Source: Leucoraja ocellata (taxonomy: Eukaryota). Taken from it: a stretch of 64,000 nt of DNA. The notes under the pieces were generated by a model. That model saw only the letters and a list, made by a program, of their open reading frames with translations, searched no databases and was not told the origin of the DNA. The position numbers and the translations under genes were made by a program. Each line of letters begins with the position of its first letter. Position 1 is the stretch's first letter. Below, piece by piece: positions 50,532-62,465 of the stretch. The stretch spans positions 372,001-436,000 of the forward strand of contig JAWMAR010000202.1 in NCBI GenBank assembly GCA_036785375.1, in the 5' to 3' direction.

Positions 50532-51397
50532 GTTTAGGAAGGAACTGCAGATGCTGTTTTAAACCAAAGATAGACACAAAAAGCTGGAGTAACTCAGCGG
50601 GTCGGACAGCAACTCTGGAGAAAAAGAATAGGTGATGTTTCGGGTCGAGGCCCTTCTCCAGGCTGAGGGAGGGTCTCGACCTGAAACGTCACCTATTTCG
50701 TTTATCCAGAGATGCTGTCCGATCCGCTGAGTTAAGGGCCTGTCCCACTTACGTGTCCTTGGCACGCAAATTACTCGACCTTGTCGTCGCGTTGAGGCGC
50801 ACGGGCATCGCAAGGCCACGTGGGGCCGGTCCCACTGAGAAGCGCGGAGGGGTATGTAGTTGTGCGCAACATCGGGCGGGGCTCCGAAATTTTTGTAGCG
50901 CACAAAATCTTCACGCGCCAACGGCCTGTCGCGTAACTGACGGCCAAAGTGGGACAGGCCCAAGACCCTGGCGCAACGTAACATCTCACCTCCAACAGTA
51001 GCAGAAGCAGGCAAACGATCGCTGAACTCGGCCTGGGGCTCACGGCCGTTGCGGTTCGAATCCGCCCCCACTTCTACTCCCAGAGCGGGGCCAAGAAAAT
51101 TGAAGATAGACACAAAATGCTGGAGTAACTCAGCGGGACCGGCAGCATCTTTGGAGAGAAGCAATGAGACCCTTCTTTCAGACTGAAGAGTCTCGACCCG
51201 AAACATCATCTATTCCTTCTCTCCAGAGATGCTGCCGGTCCTGCTGAGTTACTCCAGCTTTGTGTCCATCTTCAAACGACGTCACACGCTCCAGACGGCT
51301 GTGCGGGCGAATGAAGTCGCGCGGGACCGTCGCGTAATTAGCGTGCCAAGGACACGTAAGTGGGACGGGCTTTACTCCAGCTTTATGTGTCTATCTT
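50532..51397. mobile_element. Penelope-derived fold-back element split by a MITE
   Basis: ggaaggaactgcagatgctg...gatagacacaaaagctggagtaactcagcgg...ccgctgagTTA | MITE | TTActccagctttatgtgtctatc. Confidence 0.8.
50735..51371. mobile_element. PIF/Harbinger-type MITE with ~43 bp TIRs and TTA TSD
   Basis: Left end AGGGCCTGTCCCACTTACGTGTCCTTGGCACGCAAATTAC; right end reverse-complemented AGCCCGTCCCACTTACGTGTCCTTGGCACGCTAATTAC. TTA at 50732-50734 and 51372-51374. Contains a second fold-back element at about 51103-51273. Confidence 0.88.
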
Positions 51398-51767
51398 ATG
51401 CGTGATCCAGGATGGCAGCCTTCAGTTGATCCCCATAAATATGGAGTAATACAGGAAGGCAATGTATGAACTCATCCTGTATGTGTAGATAAGACCTCTA
51501 CACCAAATACTTGCTATTATCCTATACTGCCTTAGGTTGTAAACTGGATTTAATCAAAAACTAATGCTCATGAAAATCAACCACACAACCACACAGATAC
51601 TCGCCATTCCTAATGCCTTTGCCTTGGCAAAAACCACTTGTAAAATGAGAATCTTCTCCTCCATATAATTTTCACACAGACGGTCAATTTGAAGCCTTTG
51701 ATGTAGCTTCCAGGCCCACTCTTTGTGTGCAAGCCCAAAGACAGATGCTGTCAATGTGGCCAGTGGG

Positions 51768-52197
51768 TAGGGTTGCCAACTGTCCAGCTGGGACATCCTG
51801 TATATTAGGCTAAATCGGTTTGTCCCATACGGGACTGCCCTTGTCCCGTATTTGACTGCTACTACTCGGGTCAAGAGGACTGTTGGGTCGGAGCACCGCG
51901 TCCGGCCCCGCCTCACCCATCCCGATGTAGTGCAGCCCATGGAGTGCAGCAGCAGCACCTCGCCCATGGTCCCGTCAGTCGACAGCCCAGCCAGCTGTCC
52001 AACCTTCGGACCTTAGCTTACCGCTGACACCACCATCCCTCCTTCTCATGGCCGATCATCAGTTCTTGAGTTGGATGGGGTGCCGGACCAAAACTCCTCA
52101 GCTGGCCCGCTGGTCAGTCAATGAATTGCCGTCGGGAATTTATCCCTTATTTTGACCTTTTGTCCCTTATTTAGGGGTGAAAAAGTTGGCAACCCTA
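51768..52197. mobile_element. Non-autonomous hAT (Tip100-like) element
   Basis: TIRs TAGGGTTGCCAACT / AGTTGGCAACCCTA, exact 8 bp TSD CCAGTGGG (51760-51767 and 52198-52205), and subterminal TGTCCC repeats. Confidence 0.92.
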
Positions 52198-53444
52198 CCA
52201 GTGGGAGACGTGGTCATTAGTTCCTATTCCATTTCATTTAGCTCTGTTCTCTTTTATCCACTTCCACTGAGAGAAGTGAAGGTGTTTGAAGTGGGAGGGT
52301 CCCTCATACAGACACCACCAGAAGAGTTTCTTTATTGCTTGAGCTTCCCACCTTTCAGTGACATATTTTAATTTTTTCAGAGATGCTTTGAGGATGATCT
52401 TCTAATGTTTATTTTGTCCTTTGTAGATTCTTTGACCTTGACTACGCCAGGAATAGAGAACTTATTTCAGAAATTGCTCCACTGACAGGCACACAATCAC
52501 CTGTCTAACACAACATGCTCTTGATACAGGTTATGTTGGCTTTGGCCAGGATGCTAGCATTTGAGCGGTGGGTCTGCTCATTTGATTCCAAATGTGAATT
52601 GAAAGCAACATGTGTTCCAAAGTCTTTCAATGTTTTTTGTACAAAAACCCACACAAACCAAAAGCTCTTTCTTTCAATAAGGAGATTGGCCTTACCATAG
52701 ATTAATCATTTATTACTAGATGACGTGGTTTGGATTCAATTGTACTTCCCATTACCTTTGATTTTTAAAAATATTTTATTAAATATTTTAAGAATATTTG
52801 GAAATCCTTGGAGGGCAGCACCATTGTGGGATCACATAAGGGAGAGAATTTGGGCCATGAATGACCTTGGTTGTACTAAAGAGGCTCCATTGTCGTAGAT
52901 GTGACTGCAATTAATTGGATTCCTTTGCCTTTTCACTTCGCCATGTGTTCTTAATGTTTTGGATATTGCTTTGTGTATATGCCTTAAATTGTTGGTTGGC
53001 TAGATTCAGCATTGTTTTGCTCATCACAAAGGCTTCCCTCTTTGATTAAGCGTGTTGTTGCTTTTAATTAAACCAATCTTGCTTATGCTTGGCGACGAAG
53101 CTTAAAGATTGAGTTCATGCTTTGCGGATGGCAGTTTTCAAAGCTTTCCAATTGCCTTTATGTTGCTTTATTGTCAATAAGCAGTATGGAGAATTCTTTG
53201 GCCATGCTTTGTCCCAGCTCCGTCTGTGACCACATGGGTTTTTCTGTAGATTGTCCCGAGTGTGTCGGATAAAACTAGAGCATGGGTTGTCACTGGTCGG
53301 CGTAGACTCGGTTGGCCGAAGGGCTTATTTCCACGCTGCATCTAAAGTTTTTTTAAAATCTGAAAACTAACACCAAAACCTCCTGAAACACATGTGATCC
53401 AGTCTGAGGCTTTGGGTAAAATCTGAGACCACACCACTCGGTAT

Positions 53445-53665
53445 GTGCAAGAAGGAACTGGTTTACTTGTTGCTCGTCTACACCAAAGACAGACGCAAAA
53501 TGCTGGAGTGACTCAGTGGGACAAGCAGCATCTGTGGATAGAAGGAATGGGTGACTTTTCGTGTCGAGACCCTTCTTCAGACTGAGAGTCAGGAGCGAGG
53601 GATACACAGAGATATGGAAGGGTAAGGCATAATAACGAGAGGTCAAATGGGACGAAGTTTAAGGT
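53445..53665 (-). mobile_element. Penelope pLTR plus partial 3' UTR
   Basis: gaaggaactg...tgctggagtgactcagtggg...gtcgagacccttcttcagactgagagtcagg, continuing into sequence homologous to 27520-27600. Confidence 0.75.
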
Positions 53666-54282
53666 ACCACTAAGTACCTACTGAAAGGAGTTTCCAAGTG
53701 TAGAGGGGGCTTTGAAGCATCTGTGGTGATTAAGACTGGTTTTAAAAAGGAGCAGAGTGTTCTGCATGAGAGTGCAGAATTTTCATCCTCGACTCTGAGT
53801 GACCCTTTAAATCACATCGCTAGCCCTGGTTGATGAGTGACCCATGACATGATTCCTTTAACATAATGGCACTCAATTTTATTTGGCAGCACTGTTAGTG
53901 GTGTTGAACAAGGACTGATGTCACTTGTTGTGGACTCTGCACCAGGACCACATCTCCTGCATGGGCATGACTCACACCAGAGGGACATGAGGCCTCTCAG
54001 AAAGGGCTCTTATTTCACTTTGCTCCAGGAATGATGAGGTTTGGCCGCATTGTGCTGAAAGTTTTGAAACTTCCAGGCCACAATGCTCCAAAGTTTGATC
54101 ATTGAGGTAAGGTTCGGGACAGCGAGATAGAAATGAAGAGGGGTTTAAAGAGCGGACATTGTAGATCAGTGTTTCAGCAGCTATAGACAATTATTAATTT
54201 TAATAGTTATTGAGAGGATGTTCATTTCATCAGTAATTAGTAAATGGGCATGAGAAGCAAGTGGTAGGAAACAGAGGGCGAT

Positions 54283-54563
54283 GTTTAGTTTAGAGATACA
54301 GCGTGGAAACAGCTCCTCGGCCCACCGAGTCCATGCAGACCAGCGACCCCCGTACACTAGCACTTTCCTACACACTAGGACCAACTTACAATTTTACCGA
54401 AGCCAATTAACCTACAAACCTGTACGTCTTTGGAGTGTGGGAGGAAACCAAAGCAAACCCATGCAGTCACAGGGAGAACGTACAGACTCTGTATAGACAG
54501 CACCCGTAGTCAGGATTGGCGCTGTAAGGCAGCAACTCTACCACTGTCACCACTGTGCCGCCC
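54283..54563 (-). mobile_element. V-SINE (HE1-like)
   Basis: Tail, V-core and head on the minus strand. Confidence 0.88.
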
Positions 54564-55169
54564 TGATGGTGGGAGGTTGTTTATCGACTGCAGGACTATG
54601 ATTAGTGGTGTGCCTCAGGAATTGGTGCAGGTCTCATTGTTGTTCGTCATCTATCAACAATTTGGATGAGAACGTGAAAGGCATGGTTAGTATGTACCTA
54701 ACTAAAAGCAGTTTCCAAGTGTAGAGATGGGTTTTTAAGGCTACTACCAGCCTCTGAGGTGATTAAGGGCAGTTTTCAAAAGGAGCAGAGAATTTGCCGT
54801 GTGCAGAATTTCCATCTTAATAAATCTTTCCCTCTCAGCTTAAACCAGTGCTCCTAGTTCTTGATTTACCAAAAGCTTGTGAAAAAGACTGTTTACATTT
54901 GCTCTGTCAATGCTGCTCATGAATGACACACCTCCGTAAGAGTCAGGGGTTATGGAGAGAAGGCAAGAAAATCGGTTTCGGAACAAGAGATAAATCAGCC
55001 ATGATTGGATGGCGGAGTAGACTAGATGGGCCAAATGGCCTAATTCTGCTCCTATTACTTATGACTTTATGACCTTATGAACCCCTCAGCCTCCTCCACA
55101 TGTTAGCAAGAATTTCAGGAGGATCTTGATCACTAAGCAAGGGACTATGGAACGACAAATGCAGGTTGT

Positions 55170-55725
55170 TGCACTTTGGGATGTTGCATTTTTCCAAGAT
55201 GTGGGTGAGGCCACACTTGGGAGTTTTGTGTTCAGTTTTGGTCATGTCGCTGCAGGAAAAGTGTCATTAAGTGGAAGGAGTGCAAAGAAGATTTACAAGT
55301 CTGTTTCCAGGACTGGAAGGAAAGAGTTATAGGGAGAGATTGGGCCACCTTGGACTTTGTTCCCTGGAGCATAGGAGACTAAGGGGTTATCTCACAGAGC
55401 TGTATAAAATCATGAGCGGCCTCGATAGGATGAATGCACACAATCTTTTTCACAGTCTTTTGGAGAATCAAGAATATGAGGGCATAAGTTTAAGACAAGA
55501 GGGATTTATTAAGAACCTGAGGGGAAACTTTGTCACATAAACAATGCGAGACAAGTACAATAGTAAAATATAAAATGATTTGGATAAGTACATTGATAGG
55601 ACCAATTTAGAGGGATATGGGTCAAATATGGGAAAATGGGAGTAGCTCAGATGGTCGTCTTGAATGGTATGTCCATGTTGAGCCATAGGGTCTGTTTCCA
55701 TTCTGTATGACTCTATGACTCTAAG
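55170..55725 (+). mobile_element. Degenerate CR1 RT C-terminus plus 3' UTR
   Basis: EGVQRRFTSLFPGLEGKSYRERLGHLGLCSLEHRRLRG (ORF 55271-55540) and a (tatgactc)n tail. Confidence 0.85.
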
Positions 55726-55844
55726 TGAATCATTGGTGAAGAGCAGATTTTTCAGTGTATGAAGCATTGCATTAAGATCTAGAAGATGTTGCCTGTAAAA
55801 AAAATTGAGTACCAACAAAAAGAGGAATTATATGGAATGTCACA

Positions 55845-56125
55845 ATAGCACAGTGGAAGAGTTGCTGCCTTCCAGTACCAGAGGCAAGCATTCCATCCTG
55901 ACTAAGAGTGAGGTCTGTGTGGTTTTTATACATTCTCCCTGGGACCGTGTGGGTTTTCTCAGGGGCCTCCAGGTTGTCTCCCACATTCCAAAGACACACA
56001 CATTTGTAGGTGTCTGAGAAAGTGGGATAACATAGAACTAGTGTGTCGGTGATTGTTGGTCGGCATGGGTTTGGAGGATTGAGGGGACTGTTTCCACACT
56101 GCATCTCGAAACTTAACTAAATAAA
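55845..56125 (+). mobile_element. Diverged V-SINE
   Basis: gcacagtggaagagttgctgcc head, ctcccacattccaaagac core, CR1 tail. Confidence 0.7.
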
Positions 56126-57084
56126 AACTTGACAGGAACAATTGTTACATTGCCAGGTCATACAGTATATATCAAGATGAATCTGGCATGATGGACCAAA
56201 AGCCTTTCTTTTATGCCAGTTAATTTAAGATAGACTATACTCTTTTTCACACCTTCAACTGATATATATTTTTCCCCTTATTATTGGATGGTACAATGAT
56301 ATATTGTAAACAAAAGTATCAAAATACCAAAGGACAAATACCAAAGGCCTTTAGACTAGATGACAGGGAAAGGCTCTCTTGGATGACAAAAGTTGTGGGA
56401 TCTCTGAAAGCTGTAAGATACTGCCAAAGATCATGAGATCAATTACAGACCTGCAGCAAGGAAAAGCTCTCTGTTACAACCAGATTTGTCTTATGTGTAT
56501 ATCTGATAAGCCTAACCAGACTAAATTTCAGGAAACCATTCTCTGGACACACCTGTTGGATAAGTGACAATGGCTTCCTGCACAATCACTTTATTAATAA
56601 TCTGCTTGTTTTTGTTCAGATTGTATAATAACAGTATTTAATTTGTTTTTGATGATTTTTGGACATCGTATGAACAATTTTCACGTGAGATTTTGATTAT
56701 GAATAATAAATGAACTTCCCTGCACCACTTTCTGAGCCAGTTACAGCATGGTGGCGAAACAAGGAACTGCAGATGCTGGAATCTTGCGTTGAATACAAAA
56801 TACTATCTCCTCCAGAGATGCTGCCTGACCCACTGAGTTTCTCCAGTGCTTTGTGTTCTGGTGATATTCACTGATGTCAGCAGGTTCATCTGATCTATCA
56901 GTATTTTGGGGGGGGGGGGGTTTCAGTTTGTACTGTGGTTTATGTGATCTTTCTTACATTAAGGGAGAAATGCAGATATAGAACCTGTACATATTCAGCA
57001 CCAAAGTGTGGGATAACATTACAATTCTAGGGGAGGCAAACAGTATATAAAGCTTGTGAATCCTCTGACATTTTCACTCCCTCC

Positions 57085-57490
57085 AACAGGATTCCACCAC
57101 CAGTCACATCTTCCCATCCCCTACCCTGTCTGTTTTACGCTGAGACTGTTCCCTCCGCAACTCCCTGGTTCACTCATCTCTTCCCACCCAAACCACCCCC
57201 TCCCCATGAACCTTTCCCTGCAACCGCGAGAGATGCAACACGTGTCCTTATATCACCTCTATCCATCCAGGGTCTGAAAACAGTCCTTGCAAGTGAGGCA
57301 GAGGTTCCCTTGCACCTCCTCTAGCCTCATCTACTGCATCCATTTGTTCTCGGTGTGGGCTCCTATATATTGGCAAGACCAAGCGCAGTCTGGACAATCG
57401 TTTTGCTAAACACCGGCCAAGGCTGACTGAGCTTGGCCTACGAGATCTCTGTTTCCAAACATTATAACTCCCCTTCTCATTCTCATGTGA
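57085..57490 (+). mobile_element. Penelope-like element GIY-YIG endonuclease fragment (degenerate)
   Basis: From 57281: QSLQVRQRFPCTSSSLIYCI, frameshift, then CSRCGLLYIGKTKRSLDNRFAKH. This is the IY...CxxC..YIG.T.R....R...H signature of PLE endonucleases. Confidence 0.85.
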
Positions 57491-58379
57491 CCTGTGACTG
57501 TCAAATTCTGATCAGCACCCAATAGGTCATTGTACGGTTCCCATTTCTGATGTTTGCACTCTTTTAGAGGTTGTCAACAAGGTAAAATATTGTTGACATA
57601 TGTGCAGGTTAGCTGGTGGGCACATGTTCTTGAGAAATTCCTGAGGGTTTCCACTCATTTTACGCAGGGCTATATTGAGTATGATTTCCGTTCCATCCGT
57701 TTGAGGTGGATTGAAGCCCACTCTCAGCATCAAATTTAAAAATAAACTTCAAACAGTTCTCAAACTAAGCCTTTTCAAAAGAAGGGTTTTCATCATTTGG
57801 CTGGAAAATATCATATCTGTTCATTATTGATGGGACTGGGTTGTAGACAAGTTGGCTGTCGTATTTCTGAAATCACAACAGTGAAGACATTTCAAAAGTA
57901 TTTTATTGACTGTAAAGTACTTTGGGATGAAGTTGTGAAATAAATGTCATATGAATATATGTTTTCTTTTTTTCAGCCTGGCACCAATTTAAAGGCAATG
58001 CCCTGTGAACTAACAAGGAATTCACTTCTGAATTAACTCTTCAGTTCCAATGTCAGGACACATAAATTGTGTTTGCATAAAATATGGTTGTGCACCATTA
58101 CGAATCAATCATGCCCTAATGAATTAGGTCTCAAGGTTCCAATATTAAACTCAGGTTATGAATTTGAGTCTGAGGATCAGTCTGCAATAGTCAGAAATCA
58201 TTGCCAAAGCTGCCAGAATTATTTTTCCCTACTACCCTTCACCTCTGCGTGTTATCACAACAATTTCTCCACAGGCAAGGTTCGCTCGTTGTTAACCTCT
58301 CCATAGTTTTGAGGATGAGGTTCACTGGCAAGCATTAGGGGCCTATCTAATCGCAGTGAAAATTTTGGTCCCATCATCA

Positions 58380-58467
58380 TACACAAAATGCTGAAGTAAC
58401 TCAGCGGGACAGGGAGCATCTCTGGAGAGAAGCAACGGGTGACGTTTCGGGTCGAGACCCTTCTTCA
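58380..58467 (-). mobile_element. Penelope pLTR half-element (similar copy at 59767-59850)
   Basis: acacaaaatgctgaagtaactcagcggg...gtgacgtttcgggtcgagacccttcttca. Confidence 0.75.
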
Positions 58468-58896
58468 CACGGGGACATACAGCATTGACTGTCACTGCAT
58501 TACAACGTGAACTTGGAATCCTGAGTGATGTTCCATTCACTGAGGGGATAATTCTGACACATTCATTAGCAACTGCCAGATGGGTACAGCAGTGGGAAAG
58601 GTGACTAACCTCCTGACATGAGGACAACAACTATACACTTACTTCATTTTGGCTAATGCATGTCCACTTGCACTCAAGGCCAAAGCATCGGGAACAAGTC
58701 ACCAGTTGTTGCATGCCAACCTGTACTCTTTTCTGAAGCCAGGGGAATCTAGGGGAATCAATGGGCTTGGAATGGGAGTTGTGCTGTGGCAGGAATAAAG
58801 GCAAGCACACCTTGTGCGTTTAGTTGGCCAGGTGAATGACCTGGATTCAATGGATTTGGATGTTAGAATGGCAATGAAGATTAGGTATGACTGATT

Positions 58897-59145
58897 ACGG
58901 GTACTGGCTGTACGGAGTTTCTTTGTTCTCCACGTGACCTGCGTGGGTTTTCTCTGGAATTTCCGGTTTCCACCCACACTCCAAAGATGTACAGGTTTGT
59001 AGGTTAATTTGCATTAGTAACATTGAAAAATGTCCCTAGTGGGAGTAGAGTAGTGTTAGCGTGTGGGGATCGTTGGTCAGTGCGGACTCGGTGGGCCGAA
59101 GGGCCTGTTTCCGCACTGTATCTCTAAACTAATCTAAACTAAACT
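58897..59145 (+). mobile_element. V-SINE (HE1-like), 5'-truncated
   Basis: V-core and CR1 tail with (aaact)n. Confidence 0.88.
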
Positions 59146-60869
59146 GGTATTGGGGGATGGTGGAAATTAAGAGGTCTAGATTGATCAAACCGGCATTGGG
59201 TAGAGTTATGGGATTAAATCGGAGATCGGGACCACCATGGTTTGCTTCTGAGAATTAGGAAATCAGGGAGCAAGACCAGCCGAGGATGTAAAGAGGATGG
59301 GGGCGAAGAATAGCTCTGGGATGGAGAAAGGGAACATTTATTTGAGAGGTTGCAAAGGCTGTGTTTTTCCAGTAGTTGCCAAGGATGGGCCGCTGAGGCG
59401 GAATATACAACAGGATCACAAATACCTCTTTCCAGGAAATGACGGTCACATTTCTGGAGAGACCCAAAATGACCTGGAGAAGCTTGTTAATCCATTTCAT
59501 TCCAGAAAGGAATTAATTTTCAGTTAACGACGCTGATAAAGCTGTTTTGCATTTATGTTTCAGGTTACTGAATCCTTATTTACCGACACAAAACATTTAA
59601 CCGCTTCACGCCAACACAGTAATTTAAATATATTTTATGACTTGTGTCTTTGTTAATGTAGTCTTCAAATCACCCATTAGTACATATGAAATAATGAATG
59701 TGACATTTACCCAATGGGAATTGGGGAGGTCGGGTGGTATGCGTTGCGCCAAACTGTGTATTGTGTTAGACACAAAAAGCTGGAGTAACTCAGCAGGTCA
59801 GAGAGCATCTCTGGAGAAAACGAATAGGTGGCGTTTCGGGTGGAGACCCTGTATTCTGTTCTTTACTGAAGGACTCTGTGATGCTAAACTCCTCAAACTA
59901 CACAAACATCATATTCATTCTGTAGTCTCTGAGTTAGTGTGAGTGTCAAGGTCTCGTCAAATAATAGGGGAACCAGCCAGGCAAAATGGCGTCTCCACCT
60001 CCAACTCACTTCGCCACGGCTGGAGCACATTTAGGATTGCAGACTGTGACCCCTTTAGTTCAGCCAGGCACTCAGTTATATCAGTGTTGAAGGAAATAGG
60101 TGTTCAGATTTACTACCTGTTACGGGTCCCAGATGACTTGACTGAATGTACAGCCACTGGGTGTGTTTTAACAAATATGCAGGGCCATAAAACTATCTTT
60201 AAACGCCTGTAAATTTACAATTGATTTTAATTAGAAACTGCTCTAATTAGTGCCTCTAGATTGCAATAAGATTGCAGCTGGACTCTACAGAGAGGAATCA
60301 AGAATGCAAAACATGACAACAAAAATACCCAGATAGCTGCCAAGATTGCTGCATACTTGGCTTGATTAATGCCCCGGCACTCTGCTAACTTGCACCAACC
60401 ACAGTCAGCAGAGCAGAGCAGAGAAATTTGATTCCTGAGGAATCAATATTATTTCCTTCTAAATATTATCCGAGCCAAGTGCATTTTTATTTTAACGCAT
60501 TCACCATAAAGATCAGCATGATGAGTATCTTCATCGTGACATTTGTGATTACAATCAACTATTTTGAATGTGTCGGTTTTCTAACATTTGGCCAGAAACA
60601 GAATCGGAAAGATTACATAACTATGTGGCTACAAAAGCAGGTCATATTCTGAGTAATGCACGGTGGGTGAGCCACCTCCTCACACGCCAAGGACTTTGCG
60701 CCAACCACAAGCTCAAATACAAGACTGCCATGCAATACTCTCCATTTTTATGGATGAGTGCAGCTCCAGTAACATTTCCGGGACAAAACAATCCACTTGA
60801 TTAGCATGCCATCCTCTTATATCTGCTCCCTCCAATTCACTATTTTGTCCATATTGTATTATATTGTAT

Positions 60870-61465
60870 ATCTTTATTGTCATTTCCTGAGTATTCACAT
60901 ACCCAGAGGAAACAAAAAAACGTTGCTCTACCAGTGTCCATTCAGTGTGCATTAGAAATAAATAGAAATAAAAATACATGTATCATGAACAAATTTAACA
61001 CTCTACTAAACATTCAACAGGCGTTCCGATCGGCAGCGGCACAACAGTGGCTCTGCTGCAGCGTGTCCAGGTTGGTGGTTGGTGCGCGATACTTTGGCAG
61101 GGGGCAAAGTCCGTTTAGCAGTCTTATAGCCTGTGGGAAGAAGCTGAGGAGCATCCTGCTGGTTTTGCAGCTAATGCTCCTGTACCTCTTCCCAGATGGC
61201 AGGATGGAGAAAATGTCATGCGATGGGTGGTAGGGGTCTTTGATGATGGAGATGGCTCTGCTGATACATCTCTTCCTGTATATGTCCAGCAGGAAAGGGA
61301 GTGGAGCACCAATAATCCTGCTGGCGGTCTTCACAATCCTGTCTAGTTGGTGCCGTTCGTACGCCTTGCAGCTCCCGAACCAGGAAGTGATGCCGTAGGT
61401 CAATGTGCTCTCGACAGTCCCCCTATAAAAAGTCCGTAGGTGTGTGGTGGGGAGACGAACTTGAG
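60870..61465 (-). mobile_element. Rex1/Babar LINE C-terminal fragment plus 3' UTR
   Basis: ORF 61014-61472: LRTFYRGTVESTLTYGITSWFG...DPYHPSHDIFSILPSGKRYRS...SFFPQAIRLLN, homologous to 30080-30420. Confidence 0.9.
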
Positions 61466-62152
61466 TAGGCACATGGAAATGCTGGAAACCTACTGATAAA
61501 GTTCGAGGAGCAGAATATGGCCATTCGGCACATCAAGTCTACTCCGGCATTCAATCATGGCTGATCTATCTTTCCCTCTCAACCCCATTCTCCTGCCTTC
61601 GCCCCACAACCCCTGACACCCATACTAATCAAGAATCTGTCAATCACCCCCCTTAAAAATATCCATTGACTTGGCCTCCACAGCCGTCTGTGGCAATGAA
61701 TTCACAGATTCACCATCCTCTGAGTAAAGAAGATATCCTGTCCACTATCTCTCCCTCAACCTTTCTACCCTTCCTGCACCCCCAACCTCCCCCCAACTCC
61801 AACACATCCTAACTCCAAGTCAAGCACCATTCTGACTTGGAAATATATAACTGGTTTTTCATCGTCAAAGTTTTCAGCTTTTAGAAGGAAAATATATTGA
61901 AACTTCTACAGTACATCTCTCTAGGAAATCAATTTTCTCTGTTCTGCTCCACTGAGTGTGGTTGATGTAAGTTTGCAAAGTGCTTTGGCATTTCAACTCC
62001 TTCCTCCACATGCTTGAACAATTGGCTCCCCATCACCCACTTATAGAAATTGCGATCGGTCGAAATATTAATAGACACATAGAGAGGTTGGAGACTTGAC
62101 ATAGACATGTTAAAGGAAAATTATGATTTGAGTAACCTAACCTTGTTGAAGG

Positions 62153-62465
62153 GAGGTACAGTGGCGCAGCGGTAGAGTTGCTGCCTTACAGCGCCAGAGA
62201 CCCGGGTTTGGTTATGACCTTGGGTGCTGTCTGTACGGGGTTTGTGCATTCGCCCTGTGACCACGGGGGTTTTCTCTGGGTGTTCCATTTTGTCGTACAC
62301 CCCAAAGGTGTGCAGGTTTGTAGGTGAATTGGCTTTGGTAAAATTGTAAATTGTCCCCAGTGTATGGCAGATCGCTGGTCGGCGTGGACACGGTGGGCCG
62401 AAGGTCCTGTTTCCACGCTGTATCACTACACTAAACTTAACAAAACTAAAACTAAACTAAATTAA
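62153..62465 (+). mobile_element. V-SINE (HE1-like), full length
   Basis: gtggcgcagcggtagagttgctgccttacagcgccagagacccggg head, V-core, CR1 tail, (aaact)n. Confidence 0.9.

Noticed and set aside
50559-51209. 216 aa minus-strand ORF
   Set aside because: Runs across a GC-rich MITE and two fold-back repeats; no transposase motifs.
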